Below the pieces are notes generated by a model, which did no database searches, was not told the DNA's origin, and saw nothing but the letters and a program-made list of their open reading frames with translations. A stretch of DNA of 64,000 bases from Minisyncoccota bacterium. GTDB lineage: Bacteria > Patescibacteriota > Minisyncoccia > Phycocordibacterales > JABAAK01. The first letter of the stretch is position 1. The number at the start of each line of letters is the position of its first letter. The stretch spans positions 594,026-658,025 of the forward strand of contig OY282360.1 of NCBI GenBank assembly GCA_958295675.1, written 5' to 3'. Positions 31,696 through 41,261 of this stretch are shown here, piece after piece. The translations under genes were made by a program, and so were the position numbers.

Positions 31696-33006
31696 ATGAA
31701 AGAAAACACTCATGACCTACTCATTCACGGCGGCAAACCGCTTGCAGGAACAATAACAACAAACACATCAAAAAACGGATCAGTGGCATTGCTCTGTGCG
31801 GCACTCATCAATCAGAATAAAACACATGTACGAGGCATAGCGGACATTGAGGAGGTGAAACGCCTTATTGAAGTTATGGAAGATCTTGGTGTCTCGGTAA
31901 CCCGTGAGAACGATACTGTGACCATTGCACCACCAACCACATACAACTTAAACGGCTTGTTTAATAAATCATTTGAACGCATTCGCTCAGGACTAATGCT
32001 TATTCCTGCACTGGCACACAAACACACAACATTCAAACTGCCGGCAGCAGGCGGCTGCAGTATGGGAAAAAGAACAACTATTGCACACACACACGGACTG
32101 GAAAAATTAGGCATTAGCATACAGCGGGAAGAACTGTGTTCTGTTGTCAGTAAAACTGAACCAAAAACCGACACAATTGTGATGTATGAAATGAGTGATA
32201 CAGCAACCGTCAACATGCTCATAGCGGCATCACTGACACCACAGACGACGACAATATCATTCGCATCAGCAAACTATCAGGTGCAGGAGATCTGCTTTTT
32301 TCTGCAGACATTAGGTGTGGAGGTAGAAGGTATCGGCACAAGCACGCTGCATGTGCACGGTATCGGAACCATAGCGAAAGAGGTAACCTATACTAACAGC
32401 GAGGATCCGACCGAGAGCATGGCATTTATCGCCATAGCGGCGACAACAAACTCACCGCTCACTATAACACGCGCGCCGATTAGCTTTCTTGAATTGGAAC
32501 TACTTATTCTGGAGTCCATGGGATTCTCTTTCACACTCTCAAAAGCGTACACATCAGAAAACGGAAAGACAAAATTAGTTGATATAACCATGCGCGAATC
32601 AAACCTCACCGCGCCTGCGGAAAAGATTCACGCGCTTCCCTACCCGGGTATAAATACTGACAACTTACCCTTCTTTGTGCCGATAGCGACACAAGCGAAA
32701 GGAGTAACCCTGATACACGACTGGATGTGGGAAAACCGAGCGATTTATTATACTGAACTTAACCGTCTTGGCGCGAATATCACCCTACTGGACCCGCATC
32801 GCGTGACTATACACGGCAAAACACCCTTGCGTGGCGCGCAAGCCGTCTGCCCGCCGGCGCTCCGTCCGGCAATGATTATCCTCGTCGCAATGCTCGCATC
32901 AGAAGGAACATCAATCCTACGTGATACCTACATCATCCATCGCGGCTACGAGGATATAGTGCAACGCCTCAATACCCTCGGCGCGGATATGAGCGTACTG
33001 AAATAA
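31696..33006 (+). CDS. murA: UDP-N-acetylglucosamine 1-carboxyvinyltransferase
   Basis: SKNG, AGGCSMGKR, PYPGINTD, ENRAIY and RGYE motifs. Confidence 0.93.
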   Translation: MKENTHDLLIHGGKPLAGTITTNTSKNGSVALLCAALINQNKTHVRGIADIEEVKRLIEVMEDLGVSVTRENDTVTIAPPTTYNLNGLFNKSFERIRSGLMLIPALAHKHTTFKLPAAGGCSMGKRTTIAHTHGLEKLGISIQREELCSVVSKTEPKTDTIVMYEMSDTATVNMLIAASLTPQTTTISFASANYQVQEICFFLQTLGVEVEGIGTSTLHVHGIGTIAKEVTYTNSEDPTESMAFIAIAATTNSPLTITRAPISFLELELLILESMGFSFTLSKAYTSENGKTKLVDITMRESNLTAPAEKIHALPYPGINTDNLPFFVPIATQAKGVTLIHDWMWENRAIYYTELNRLGANITLLDPHRVTIHGKTPLRGAQAVCPPALRPAMIILVAMLASEGTSILRDTYIIHRGYEDIVQRLNTLGADMSVLK

Positions 33007-33169
33007 CCAGCAATATAAAAGAAATAATACTTGACAAGAAAAACTATATTATTTTATAAAAATAATATTGCCAGTACACATATATAATTGTATCGTATGT
33101 GGTATTATATAAATGGATGGTGTTACTGACACCTTGAACACTCAAACCAGACGGCAGGAGGAAAAAGCA

Positions 33170-33724
33170 ATGGCTTGCCGAATTACATGCATCCTTTTCC
33201 TTTCTTTCTTCTTCATCATCAGTTGCTCAACAACTGAAAACCGTGTCCGTGATGTGGAAAACCGTATCCGTGATGTGGAGAAGGAAGCAGAAAAGATAAT
33301 GGAGAACATAGCAATGGACATGGACTTCATAACAGAAACCTTTTGTAGGAACAAGGGGTTTCCGCAACACGACGCTTCAATAACGCTCGGTAGAAATGGC
33401 ATGATTATCAAAAACACTGATTTTCATGTCAATGGCAATATCTACCTTTGTGGGGATGATGCACTCGTCACGATAAAGGGGACACTGCAGGTACAACGCA
33501 TTTACCTGATTGGCAAACGCGTACGAGTGCAAGCAGAACAATTCATTCTGAGTGCACCGATTAGTCGATCGGTGTTTGTCGTTGAAGGCAGCGATGCCAT
33601 GATCATAACCGCTGATCAATTAACAGATCCGGCGGTATTACAAGCATGGCAAGAAAAATCTCCAAGACGTTATGGCGTCAACAACATCAAAATGAGACGA
33701 AAGTTCGTTCATTTCAACAGGTAG
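33170..33724 (+). CDS. Hypothetical lipoprotein
   Basis: SD AGGAGG; lipobox IISC; 21-bp tandem repeat (ENRVRDV/ENRIRDV); beta-rich C-terminal half; downstream terminator. Confidence 0.65.
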   Translation: MACRITCILFLSFFFIISCSTTENRVRDVENRIRDVEKEAEKIMENIAMDMDFITETFCRNKGFPQHDASITLGRNGMIIKNTDFHVNGNIYLCGDDALVTIKGTLQVQRIYLIGKRVRVQAEQFILSAPISRSVFVVEGSDAMIITADQLTDPAVLQAWQEKSPRRYGVNNIKMRRKFVHFNR

Positions 33725-33793
33725 AAGAATTCGCATAACCCCCTTTTTTTACTTCAAGTGAGAAAAGGGGGGTTCTTTTGTATCAAAGAAAAC

Positions 33794-33850
33794 AGAGGAC
33801 TCGAACCTCCATGGGTTGCCCCACCGTCTCCTAAGACCGGCGCGTCTACC
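33794..33850 (-). repeat. Partial duplicate of tRNA-Leu(TAG) (D-loop to T-arm)
   Basis: About 57 nt nearly identical to the central part of tRNA-Leu 33912..33993, with no acceptor stem. Confidence 0.9.
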
Positions 33851-33911
33851 CGTGCCGTCAATCTTTGATTGATGCTGACAAGCAGTCGCCACAGGTGGCG
33901 GAAGTATCAGG

Positions 33912-33993
33912 TGCCGAGGAGAGGACTCGAACCTCCATGGGTTGCCCCACCGGTTCCTAAGACCGGCGCGTCTACCAATTCCGCCACCTCGGC
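33912..33993 (-). tRNA. tRNA-Leu(TAG)
   Basis: GCCGAGGTGGCGGAATTGGTAGACGCG, anticodon loop CTTAGGA, variable arm. Confidence 0.95.
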
Positions 33994-33997
33994 ATAG

Positions 33998-34070
33998 TCC
34001 GCCCACTAGGATTCGAACCTAGGACCCACCGGTTAAGAGCCGGTTGCTCTACCAACTGAGCTATGGGCGG
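33998..34070 (-). tRNA. tRNA-Lys(CTT)
   Basis: CCGCCCA/TGGGCGG acceptor stem; anticodon loop CTCTTAA. Confidence 0.93.
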
Positions 34071-34244
34071 TAAGCACAGTAATACTATACAATAGAGCAC
34101 ATAAAAAATAAAAAAGATTTAAAAACTGAGTGTATTACAAAATCTAACCTATACACAAACTATACAATCACTCAATATTAAATCGTATGCATCCATCCAT
34201 TTAGCACTGAAAAACAGTTACCACGAAACGACAGGATCGCCGAG

Positions 34245-34327
34245 TGCCGGAGGCGGGAATCGAACCCGCACACCCCGAGGGTACACGATTTTAAGTCGTG
34301 AGCGTCTACCAATTCCGCCACTCCGGC
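34245..34327 (-). tRNA. tRNA-Leu(TAA)
   Basis: GCCGGAGTGGCGGAATTGGTAGACGC, anticodon arm CACGA-CTTAAAA-TCGTG. Confidence 0.95.
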
Positions 34328-34407
34328 TTTATAAAATACTATAACACTTTGTACGAATCATATAGAATATATAAACTTACTTTCGGTTCTTTTAGATTCT
34401 AAAAAAA

Positions 34408-34441
34408 CAAACCCCACAGGAGCGAACTCCTGTGGGGGTTT
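34408..34441 (-). terminator. Intrinsic terminator of the secreted-protein array
   Basis: AAACCCCACAGGAG..CTCCTGTGGGGGTT inverted repeat with a T-tract on the minus strand. Confidence 0.8.
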
Positions 34442-34462
34442 GGGTTTGGTGAAGGCGACGAC

Positions 34463-35194
34463 CTACTCCGACGTGTTGAAGAACACATAGCCGGGGTTGG
34501 GTACACCATCAAGTGCCGCGGCTGCCCTGTTGGCAAGATCTCGCTCTGCAAGAGTCGCATCAACCTGAGCGGCAAGCATGGCGAGTCGCTCTTGATCAAG
34601 CCGCGCCATCTCAAGATTGGCGCCGTTGTCAAAGTCAGCCGAAACAGGGTCCTCCTGCTTGTGCGGGAAAGATTGCCCTTGGTCGGCACCGGTCGTCACA
34701 TCACCTACAGACCTGGCAACATGAGCTGCGAGAGCCCGCTCACCGGTGTTCTCAAGCAGCGCACTAGCGTTGATCTTGTCTCCGCCAACAATGTGCACTC
34801 CCGGAGGAGTGTCGAAGAGATCTTCTTCGGCAACAGACCGACGACCGTCAATCCACTCGATGGTCGCTACCCGAAGGGCATGGTTCCAACCGCGCGTTCC
34901 AGGGCGAACCCGGTACTTGGAGTCACTCAGATACGTACTCCAAGTCGCGGTGACATCACGAGCACTCACCCGATCCTGCGGACCAAGTTGCCGATTGCTG
35001 CCGGTCAGCGCGTAGATCGCGTTGGCGGTTTCCCGCGTGATCTTCGAAGAGCCGGACGGCACCTTGGAATCGAAAGAGACCGCGAGCTCGGTGTTGAGGG
35101 CAGAGATCGTTTGTGCCTTTCCGTAGTCCCCTTGCCCCGCAAAAGCGGTAGCACCGAAGAGAACGGCGATGAAAAGGAAAAGTAGTTTGCGCAT
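34463..35194 (-). CDS. Secreted hypothetical protein, array member 1 (body B)
   Basis: SD AAGGAG; signal peptide ending AFA; body nearly identical to 36409..36948. Confidence 0.85.
   Translation of the reverse strand: MRKLLFLFIAVLFGATAFAGQGDYGKAQTISALNTELAVSFDSKVPSGSSKITRETANAIYALTGSNRQLGPQDRVSARDVTATWSTYLSDSKYRVRPGTRGWNHALRVATIEWIDGRRSVAEEDLFDTPPGVHIVGGDKINASALLENTGERALAAHVARSVGDVTTGADQGQSFPHKQEDPVSADFDNGANLEMARLDQERLAMLAAQVDATLAERDLANRAAAALDGVPNPGYVFFNTSE
34687..35176. repeat. ~490-bp direct repeat B, copy 1 (copy 2 at 36444-36933)
   Basis: Offset 1757; identical over most of its length, with differences clustered at the low-coordinate end. Confidence 0.92.
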
Positions 35195-35550
35195 TTCAGC
35201 ACTCCTTTTGTTTACGGGGTAGGTTAAGTAAAACGGCTGAGTGAATCACTCTTCCGCTCTGTTTGGTAGATTAGAGAGATGTTACACACACGGTGTTGAA
35301 CTCCCAACCCTGCCCAAATCTACTGTGTAGTATAGAGAAAAAAATACTCTTGTCAAGACCACCCAAAGAATAGACAATAATAGATTATTATTTTATAATA
35401 AAACACACCTATACACACGATAAAATATGTGGTGTAGTGTATGGAATAGCATATACATAAAAAATCAATCCTCTATGAAAGTAAACTTCCATAGAGGATT
35501 GTGAGATCTCCTACTCCGCCGGTGCATCACCAGCAGGCATAGAACCACCG
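35161..35550. repeat. 390-bp direct repeat A, copy 1 (copy 2 at 36059-36448)
   Basis: Offset 898, one mismatch seen; contains the GGSMPAGDAPAE-stop tail, a terminator, a TTGACA-16-TATACT promoter, leader, SD and the MRKLLFLF start. Confidence 0.95.
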
Positions 35551-36092
35551 ACTGCACGAGCAACCGGATTGGTGCCGCCCAGTTCCCGCATCATGTCCCC
35601 GGCGGGGAAACATTGAGGCGTGCGCACGCTGCGATTGACGAGGAATTCAAAGTACCGCCGAGCCGTATCAAGTCTGGCCAAATCGGCACCACCCTCTATC
35701 AACTGCACAAACTCCTCAGCGCGCTTCTGCAGCACAAGCGGAGGAATCTCCGTGCCGCTGAGACAGGCCTTCACATCCTCGGTACTGGCATTTGCCATCC
35801 ACCGGGCATAGGCATCAAGCCCATCGTCAACGCGCTTGTAGATCGTGATCGCCCCACCGGAGTTCACGACGGCACCGAAGACGGCGTCATCTCCCACATT
35901 GCGAGCGGTGCCGTCGATTTCGGACCCTTGAACGATTTCCGCGCTGCCGCCGCGTTTTGCAACGGATTCGACCATCTTCGCCGCATCTGCGCTTTCCAGA
36001 ACGAACTGGAAACTGACAGTCGGTTCAGCAACCGCAGCAGTGCCAATGCCGAGAGAGAGAACGGCGGTGAAAAGGAAAAGTAGTTTGCGCAT
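35511..36092 (-). CDS. Secreted hypothetical protein, array member 2 (body X)
   Basis: Same start as member 1, same C-terminal tail as member 3, different body; signal peptide ending AVA. Confidence 0.85.
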   Translation of the reverse strand: MRKLLFLFTAVLSLGIGTAAVAEPTVSFQFVLESADAAKMVESVAKRGGSAEIVQGSEIDGTARNVGDDAVFGAVVNSGGAITIYKRVDDGLDAYARWMANASTEDVKACLSGTEIPPLVLQKRAEEFVQLIEGGADLARLDTARRYFEFLVNRSVRTPQCFPAGDMMRELGGTNPVARAVGGSMPAGDAPAE

Positions 36093-36448
36093 TTCAGCAC
36101 TCCTTTTGTTTACGGGGTAGGTTAAGTAAAACGGCTGAGTGAATCACTCTTCCGCTCTGTTTGGTAGATTAGAGAGATGTTACACACACGGTGTTGAACT
36201 CCCAACCCTGCCCAAATCTACTGTGTAGTATAGAGAAAAAAATACTCTTGTCAAGACCACCCAAAGAATAGACAATAATAGATTATTATTTTATAATAAA
36301 ACACACCTATACACACGATAAAATATGTGGTGTAGTGTATGGAATAGCATATACATAAAAAATCAATCCTCTATGAAAGTAAACTTCCATAGAGGATTGT
36401 GAGATCTCCTACTCCGCCGGTGCATCACCAGCAGGCATAGAACCACCG
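36059..36448. repeat. 390-bp direct repeat A, copy 2
   Basis: Matches 35161-35550. Confidence 0.95.
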
Positions 36449-36948
36449 GTCGTCATGTCATCTGCAGACCTGAGAACATGAGCTGCGAGAGCCCGCTCAC
36501 CGGTGTTCTCAACCCGCGCAGTAGGGTTGATCTTGTCTCCGCCAACAATGTGCAATCCCGGAGGAGTGTCGAAGAGATCTTCTTCGGCAACAGACCGACG
36601 ACCGTCAATCCACTCGATGGTCGCTACCCGAAGGGCATGGTTCCAACCGCGCGTTCCAGGGCGAACCCGGTACTTGGAGTCACTCAGATACGTACTCCAA
36701 GTCGCGGTGACATCACGAGCACTCACCCGATCCTGCGGACCAAGTTGCCGATTGCTGCCGGTCAGCGCGTAGATCGCGTTGGCGGTTTCCCGCGTGATCT
36801 TCGAAGAGCCGGACGGCACCTTGGAATCGAAAGAGACCGCGAGCTCGGTGTTGAGGGCAGAGATCGTTTGTGCCTTTCCGTAGTCCCCTTGCCCCGCAAA
36901 AGCGGTAGCACCGAAGAGAACGGCGATGAAAAGAATTACATTACGCAT
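36409..36948 (-). CDS. Secreted hypothetical protein, array member 3 (body B)
   Basis: Own leader and SD AAGGAG; body B; tail from repeat A. Confidence 0.85.
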   Translation of the reverse strand: MRNVILFIAVLFGATAFAGQGDYGKAQTISALNTELAVSFDSKVPSGSSKITRETANAIYALTGSNRQLGPQDRVSARDVTATWSTYLSDSKYRVRPGTRGWNHALRVATIEWIDGRRSVAEEDLFDTPPGLHIVGGDKINPTARVENTGERALAAHVLRSADDMTTGGSMPAGDAPAE

Positions 36949-37143
36949 GTATGTCTCCTTGTAAGTTAGTTAATAAGGATGGAAGGGTCTCAAAGTATGG
37001 ATGAGTACTACCCTTCAACATCCAACCCTAAAAAGATTTTAGCAAATAAAATATGAATTGTCAACTACAGTAGTATATAAATTTCAAAAAGACAAAAATA
37101 AACCCTGTGGGATGTGTATCCCACAGGGTTTAACAACCAACCA

Positions 37144-38376
37144 CTAGCGATCGCTCTCGCCGCAGTAAACGACTGAATCTACCCGTTCACCATCAGAGTT
37201 AGTATACGATCTTGTACACAAACGCTGTGTGTAAACAGATTCCCTCCTCATCGTCATAGGGTTAAAATCGCTTGCTACACTGATGTCAACCTTACACGCC
37301 TTCGGATTACTTTCAACAACGAGTCCCACAACTGTGGAGTCGTCGTTTATGTTAAGTGCCTGCATCTGATCTACTGAAACGGAGTAAGCGCTCCCACAGA
37401 CACGAATCGGATTTTTCCGAAGATCACCGATAAAGCGACTCAAGGACATCTGATCAGTCCAACGTATATACAGTCGACATTGTTTTTCTTCTGTATTGAC
37501 AAGCGCACCGATGACCTTACCGTTGTTGCCTCTATTAGCGATAACGCTATCGTTCATGACAACATTGTAAGAGTCCCGACAAAATTCAATCAATGGATTG
37601 TTGACGGAGGGTTTGCGACTGATTTCCGCTACAGCTGCAACAACAGCACTCTCACCATCATTTGCAACAATGGTGTTTGCTATACTGTGCCCGCCAACAA
37701 TGATCAAATGAGATCCACTCTCTGAATCAGTAAGTGAACTTTTAGCAGACAAGATGTGTTCTAGCACAGCATCAATCCCAACATCACCACCAAGTCCATC
37801 AAAAACTGAAGTTCTCTTAGGCAGATATGTAGGTTGAGCATCAGAACCTGATCGCGGCTGATCAGCACCAGTCGTCACATCTCCAGCCCTGAAAATATGA
37901 GCTGCGAGAGCCCGCTCACCGGTGTTCTCAAGCTGCGCAGTAGAGTTGATCCGATCTCCGCCAATAATGGTCAGTTTTGGAGGGGGTTTGAGGAGATCTG
38001 CTTCAGCAGTAGCGTGAAAACTCATCGCCCATTGCACGATGGCCCTACGGGCGTCGGAGTCCAGTCGCCTGGATCCAGGATTCACATCCGTGAACCCCTG
38101 ATTGCGAAGGAAGGAAGTCAAAAGAGAAAATGTGTCCTCTTTTCGGAACCGCTGATCACTAGTCAACGGTTCCATACCCGCAAGGGTACGGACAGCATTC
38201 GCTGTTTCACGGCTGACAACGGGAGACCCTGCCTGAACAGACGGATCCACGAACTCAGACAGTGCTGTGTTGAGGACGCTTATCGCTCCTCGATTGCCAA
38301 CATCGTTAGCAACTGCGGCAGGACCGCTGAGAGCCATAGCGAATGCTACGGCGAAAGAGAGAATTGCTTTACGCAT
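37144..38376 (-). CDS. Secreted hypothetical protein, array member 4 (long diverged paralogue)
   Basis: SD GGAGG; signal peptide; ISxLNT..RETANA domain homologous to body B; ENTGERALAAH; Cys-containing C-terminal repeats; terminator near 37100-37131. Confidence 0.85.
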   Translation of the reverse strand: MRKAILSFAVAFAMALSGPAAVANDVGNRGAISVLNTALSEFVDPSVQAGSPVVSRETANAVRTLAGMEPLTSDQRFRKEDTFSLLTSFLRNQGFTDVNPGSRRLDSDARRAIVQWAMSFHATAEADLLKPPPKLTIIGGDRINSTAQLENTGERALAAHIFRAGDVTTGADQPRSGSDAQPTYLPKRTSVFDGLGGDVGIDAVLEHILSAKSSLTDSESGSHLIIVGGHSIANTIVANDGESAVVAAVAEISRKPSVNNPLIEFCRDSYNVVMNDSVIANRGNNGKVIGALVNTEEKQCRLYIRWTDQMSLSRFIGDLRKNPIRVCGSAYSVSVDQMQALNINDDSTVVGLVVESNPKACKVDISVASDFNPMTMRRESVYTQRLCTRSYTNSDGERVDSVVYCGESDR

Positions 38377-38535
38377 TTGTTGCTCCTCCAATAAAAACCA
38401 AATTTCCACATGTAAGATGGAAATCCCTATTTATATAATAACACTTTATTTGTAAAAGTCAAATAATAAAAAAGAGAGCGCTGCTTGCATATTTCAGCAA
38501 ACAACGCTCTTGAGAAGTCCGGCTAGACAGGTTGT

Positions 38536-39522
38536 CTAAATCGAAGCTTGCCGAAGCAGAGGCGCAGACGGCACACCTCTCAGTCCAAGTGTCTTCAAAA
38601 AGTCAAGAGGAATACCGGCGAACAAAAAACTTCCCGGATTCAGGTAGTTATCTTCCAAGCGTCCGCCGCCTGATCTCTCAGCTCTGTGTTCCCATCCCTC
38701 TATGACATACGGAATGGTGAGACAGTAGTCAAACGCTATGTCCCACTCCACATTCTGCAGATTTGTCACGCAAGTCCCGGAATCTACCCGCTCGTACCCG
38801 TCAACAGGACCGGAGATCGCTCGACGAATGACAGGGTTATCTCCACCGCTAAATGCAGCAAGGTACTTCTGCGCAAGACGATCCCTCTCTTCCATACCTG
38901 GTTTGGCAAAGAACATTTCGTAGTTCCGTCCTGCTCTTACCACCTTCTGATGCCACTTCAAGACGACGCATCTATAGGCATGCCTATAGTCATCCGTCAG
39001 CGGATTACTCACAATTGGCCTCCGAAAACCAGAAGATGTTGAGTACCATCCTTGAGAAGATGTATCAAGGGAAAGGTCAACACGAACAATCTCCGGACAA
39101 GCCGGTGGCATACCAATCGGTTGCAACCCTACATCCTCTAAAACAGCTGCTGCTGGTACAACTTCTGCCAAAGGAATGTCTTTCGGAAGAGGTGGGAGTT
39201 GGAGTGAAGGTGGAGTAACGGCAACGGTGTGATGCTCACGCACCACATCAAACTGATTGGCGAACAGCATGATCACCAACAGAACCAGACCAGTGATCAC
39301 CGCAATGACCACTGACTTCCGATTGCGTTCCCACCAAGTCAGATGACGGGGCCGATACGGTTGCCGTCGTCGGTTTTGGTGTTGGTTTCTACGACCACCA
39401 CCAGGTCTGACGACAATTTGGGGGGGTCTGGTATATGCCTTGTACACCACACACCCCAAGCCCACTACTGCAAGTGTCACCAATAGAAGCACTACGATGA
39501 CGACAATTTGAAAAAAATCCAT
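38536..39522 (-). CDS. Hypothetical membrane protein (TM, Arg-rich loop, TM, Cys-containing external domain)
   Basis: SD AAGGAGG; two hydrophobic segments; Pro-rich linker. Confidence 0.75.
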   Translation of the reverse strand: MDFFQIVVIVVLLLVTLAVVGLGCVVYKAYTRPPQIVVRPGGGRRNQHQNRRRQPYRPRHLTWWERNRKSVVIAVITGLVLLVIMLFANQFDVVREHHTVAVTPPSLQLPPLPKDIPLAEVVPAAAVLEDVGLQPIGMPPACPEIVRVDLSLDTSSQGWYSTSSGFRRPIVSNPLTDDYRHAYRCVVLKWHQKVVRAGRNYEMFFAKPGMEERDRLAQKYLAAFSGGDNPVIRRAISGPVDGYERVDSGTCVTNLQNVEWDIAFDYCLTIPYVIEGWEHRAERSGGGRLEDNYLNPGSFLFAGIPLDFLKTLGLRGVPSAPLLRQASI

Positions 39523-39651
39523 GTGCTTTCCTCCTTATGAAACAAAACAGATTTCCAAATATAGTATACAATAAAATAAAAAATAATGCAAGTATTGCCC
39601 TTCTCCGACCTCATTTTAACATTGATTTCCGCTTAAAGCTAATTCTGTACT

Positions 39652-40290
39652 CTATTCATCCGTCCTTTTTATCCATTCATCAATTAGGCTATTCTTTGTT
39701 GAAGGATCAGAGTCTTTATACTGTTCAGATATCTGACTCAATTGCGCAATTGCAGTACTTTGCTGTGCAGGTGATAAACTACGCAAATGAGTAATTGCAG
39801 CACTTTGGTGTGCTGAAGATAGACTATTCCAATGTGTAACGGAACTTCCAAGATGAGCAAGTGAACCTGGTACTTGGTGGACAACCGAACCAGCAGCAGG
39901 AGATCCACGAGGCAGGCGTAAAGATTCAATATTGGTATTTCCTGCGTTTCCGGGACCACCACTACCTGAACCGAGTAAAATAAGTCCTAAAAAGTATACA
40001 AGACCCCAAATGCTGGTCAGGACAAAAATGGCAAGCAGTCCCCAAAATATCTTCTTTTTTGCTTCATCTAAACCCTCTTTACCTCCTCCGGTATTCAAAA
40101 TAAAGGTCGCAAGATTCCAAAAGAAAAAAAGAAAGGCACAACCAACCGCAATTATAACCAGCAAATTTACAATGTTTATAAAACTAGAAAGAATATTAAT
40201 AATCCTGCCCACTTCCGCAGCGGCGGTCTGCGCAGATGCAATAGGTGCTGCTAGTATGCCGATACAAGAGAGTACAATATACGATGCCAT
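39652..40290 (-). CDS. VirB2/TrbC-like pilin with C-terminal extension
   Basis: AFLFFFWNLATFI...EAKKKIFWGLLAIFVLTSIWGLV. Confidence 0.75.
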   Translation of the reverse strand: MASYIVLSCIGILAAPIASAQTAAAEVGRIINILSSFINIVNLLVIIAVGCAFLFFFWNLATFILNTGGGKEGLDEAKKKIFWGLLAIFVLTSIWGLVYFLGLILLGSGSGGPGNAGNTNIESLRLPRGSPAAGSVVHQVPGSLAHLGSSVTHWNSLSSAHQSAAITHLRSLSPAQQSTAIAQLSQISEQYKDSDPSTKNSLIDEWIKRTDE

Positions 40291-40394
40291 ATACGAGAAG
40301 TATACTATATAGACATAACAAGAATGTTGGTTATAAACAAAAAATTATGACCGTAACAGTGGGATAAACCACTGCTACGGTCATGGAATGTGCG

Positions 40395-41261
40395 CTAAAG
40401 CGCAACAAGCTGATACAGGTCAGATGTCATCACGATGGGTTGTCCGCCGCGCAGCAATGCAGTGCACGCGCGAGAGTAGACATTCCCTCCGTCCGTCTGT
40501 GCCGGCAGGTGAGAAATACAATCACGAACCGTGATCTCCTCATCACCCATCACAATGCTGCCAGCAACAGAAGGCATCTCGGCAAGGTTGTATGCGAGTG
40601 ATGCGTTGTATGCGCACCACGTTGCTGCAGGATACACACGAACACCGCCGCGCCTGAGATCAACAACATGCTGAGCACTTGGCGGTTGGCTTGCATACCG
40701 ATCGCAAGCGTTTTCCGACGCGCCAAACATCGTCGCAACCGGAGCTCCGACGAAATCAGCCACATCGTCCCGCTGCTGGTAGGTGAAAGCACCAACCAAC
40801 ACAAGAACGGCACCGGTGGTGGCCCAGCTAACGCGTGGCCACTGACCGAAAACACGGCGAACTACGCCGGTTACGCCGGAAACAGCACCTCGCACAGCAC
40901 GGCGAACTACGCCGGCTACGCGGGAAACAGTACCTCGCACAGCACTCCACACCTTCCCGGAAGCAGTGGCGACACCGCTGCCGAAACGGGAAAACAGACC
41001 GGGCTGCTGCTCTTGAGCGGCGGCGTCTACTGCGGCCGTTGCCGTTGCGGTCTGCGGCTGCGGATCTTGAGCACCCGCTGCTGCGGGCTGCTGCTCTTGA
41101 GCGTCTACTGCGGCCGTTGCGGTCTGCTCGGGCTGCTGCTCTTGAGCGTCTACTGCAGCCGTTGCGGTCTGCTCGGGCTGCTGCTCTTGATCGGTGTCGG
41201 CATCTGCTGGCAAAAACTTCCCTTGCGCATCGCGTCGCTGACCGTTACCATTTTCACTCAT
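40395..41261 (-). CDS. Hypothetical membrane protein with two sets of 15-aa repeats
   Basis: SD AAGGAG; QEQQPEQTATAAVDA and AVRGxVSxVxGVVRR repeats; TM segment; four-Cys C-terminal domain; downstream hairpin near 40349-40384. Confidence 0.78.
   Translation of the reverse strand: MSENGNGQRRDAQGKFLPADADTDQEQQPEQTATAAVDAQEQQPEQTATAAVDAQEQQPAAAGAQDPQPQTATATAAVDAAAQEQQPGLFSRFGSGVATASGKVWSAVRGTVSRVAGVVRRAVRGAVSGVTGVVRRVFGQWPRVSWATTGAVLVLVGAFTYQQRDDVADFVGAPVATMFGASENACDRYASQPPSAQHVVDLRRGGVRVYPAATWCAYNASLAYNLAEMPSVAGSIVMGDEEITVRDCISHLPAQTDGGNVYSRACTALLRGGQPIVMTSDLYQLVAL

Noticed and set aside
35161-36448. Integron cassettes, IS element or CRISPR array
   Set aside because: No attC-like structure, integrase, transposase, terminal inverted repeats or short regularly spaced repeats were seen, and the repeat includes coding ends.
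34687-36933. Diversity-generating retroelement TR/VR pair
   Set aside because: Differences between the B copies are mostly not at adenines (e.g. GCT AGT GCG CTG CTT versus CCT ACT GCG CGG GTT), and no reverse transcriptase is present.
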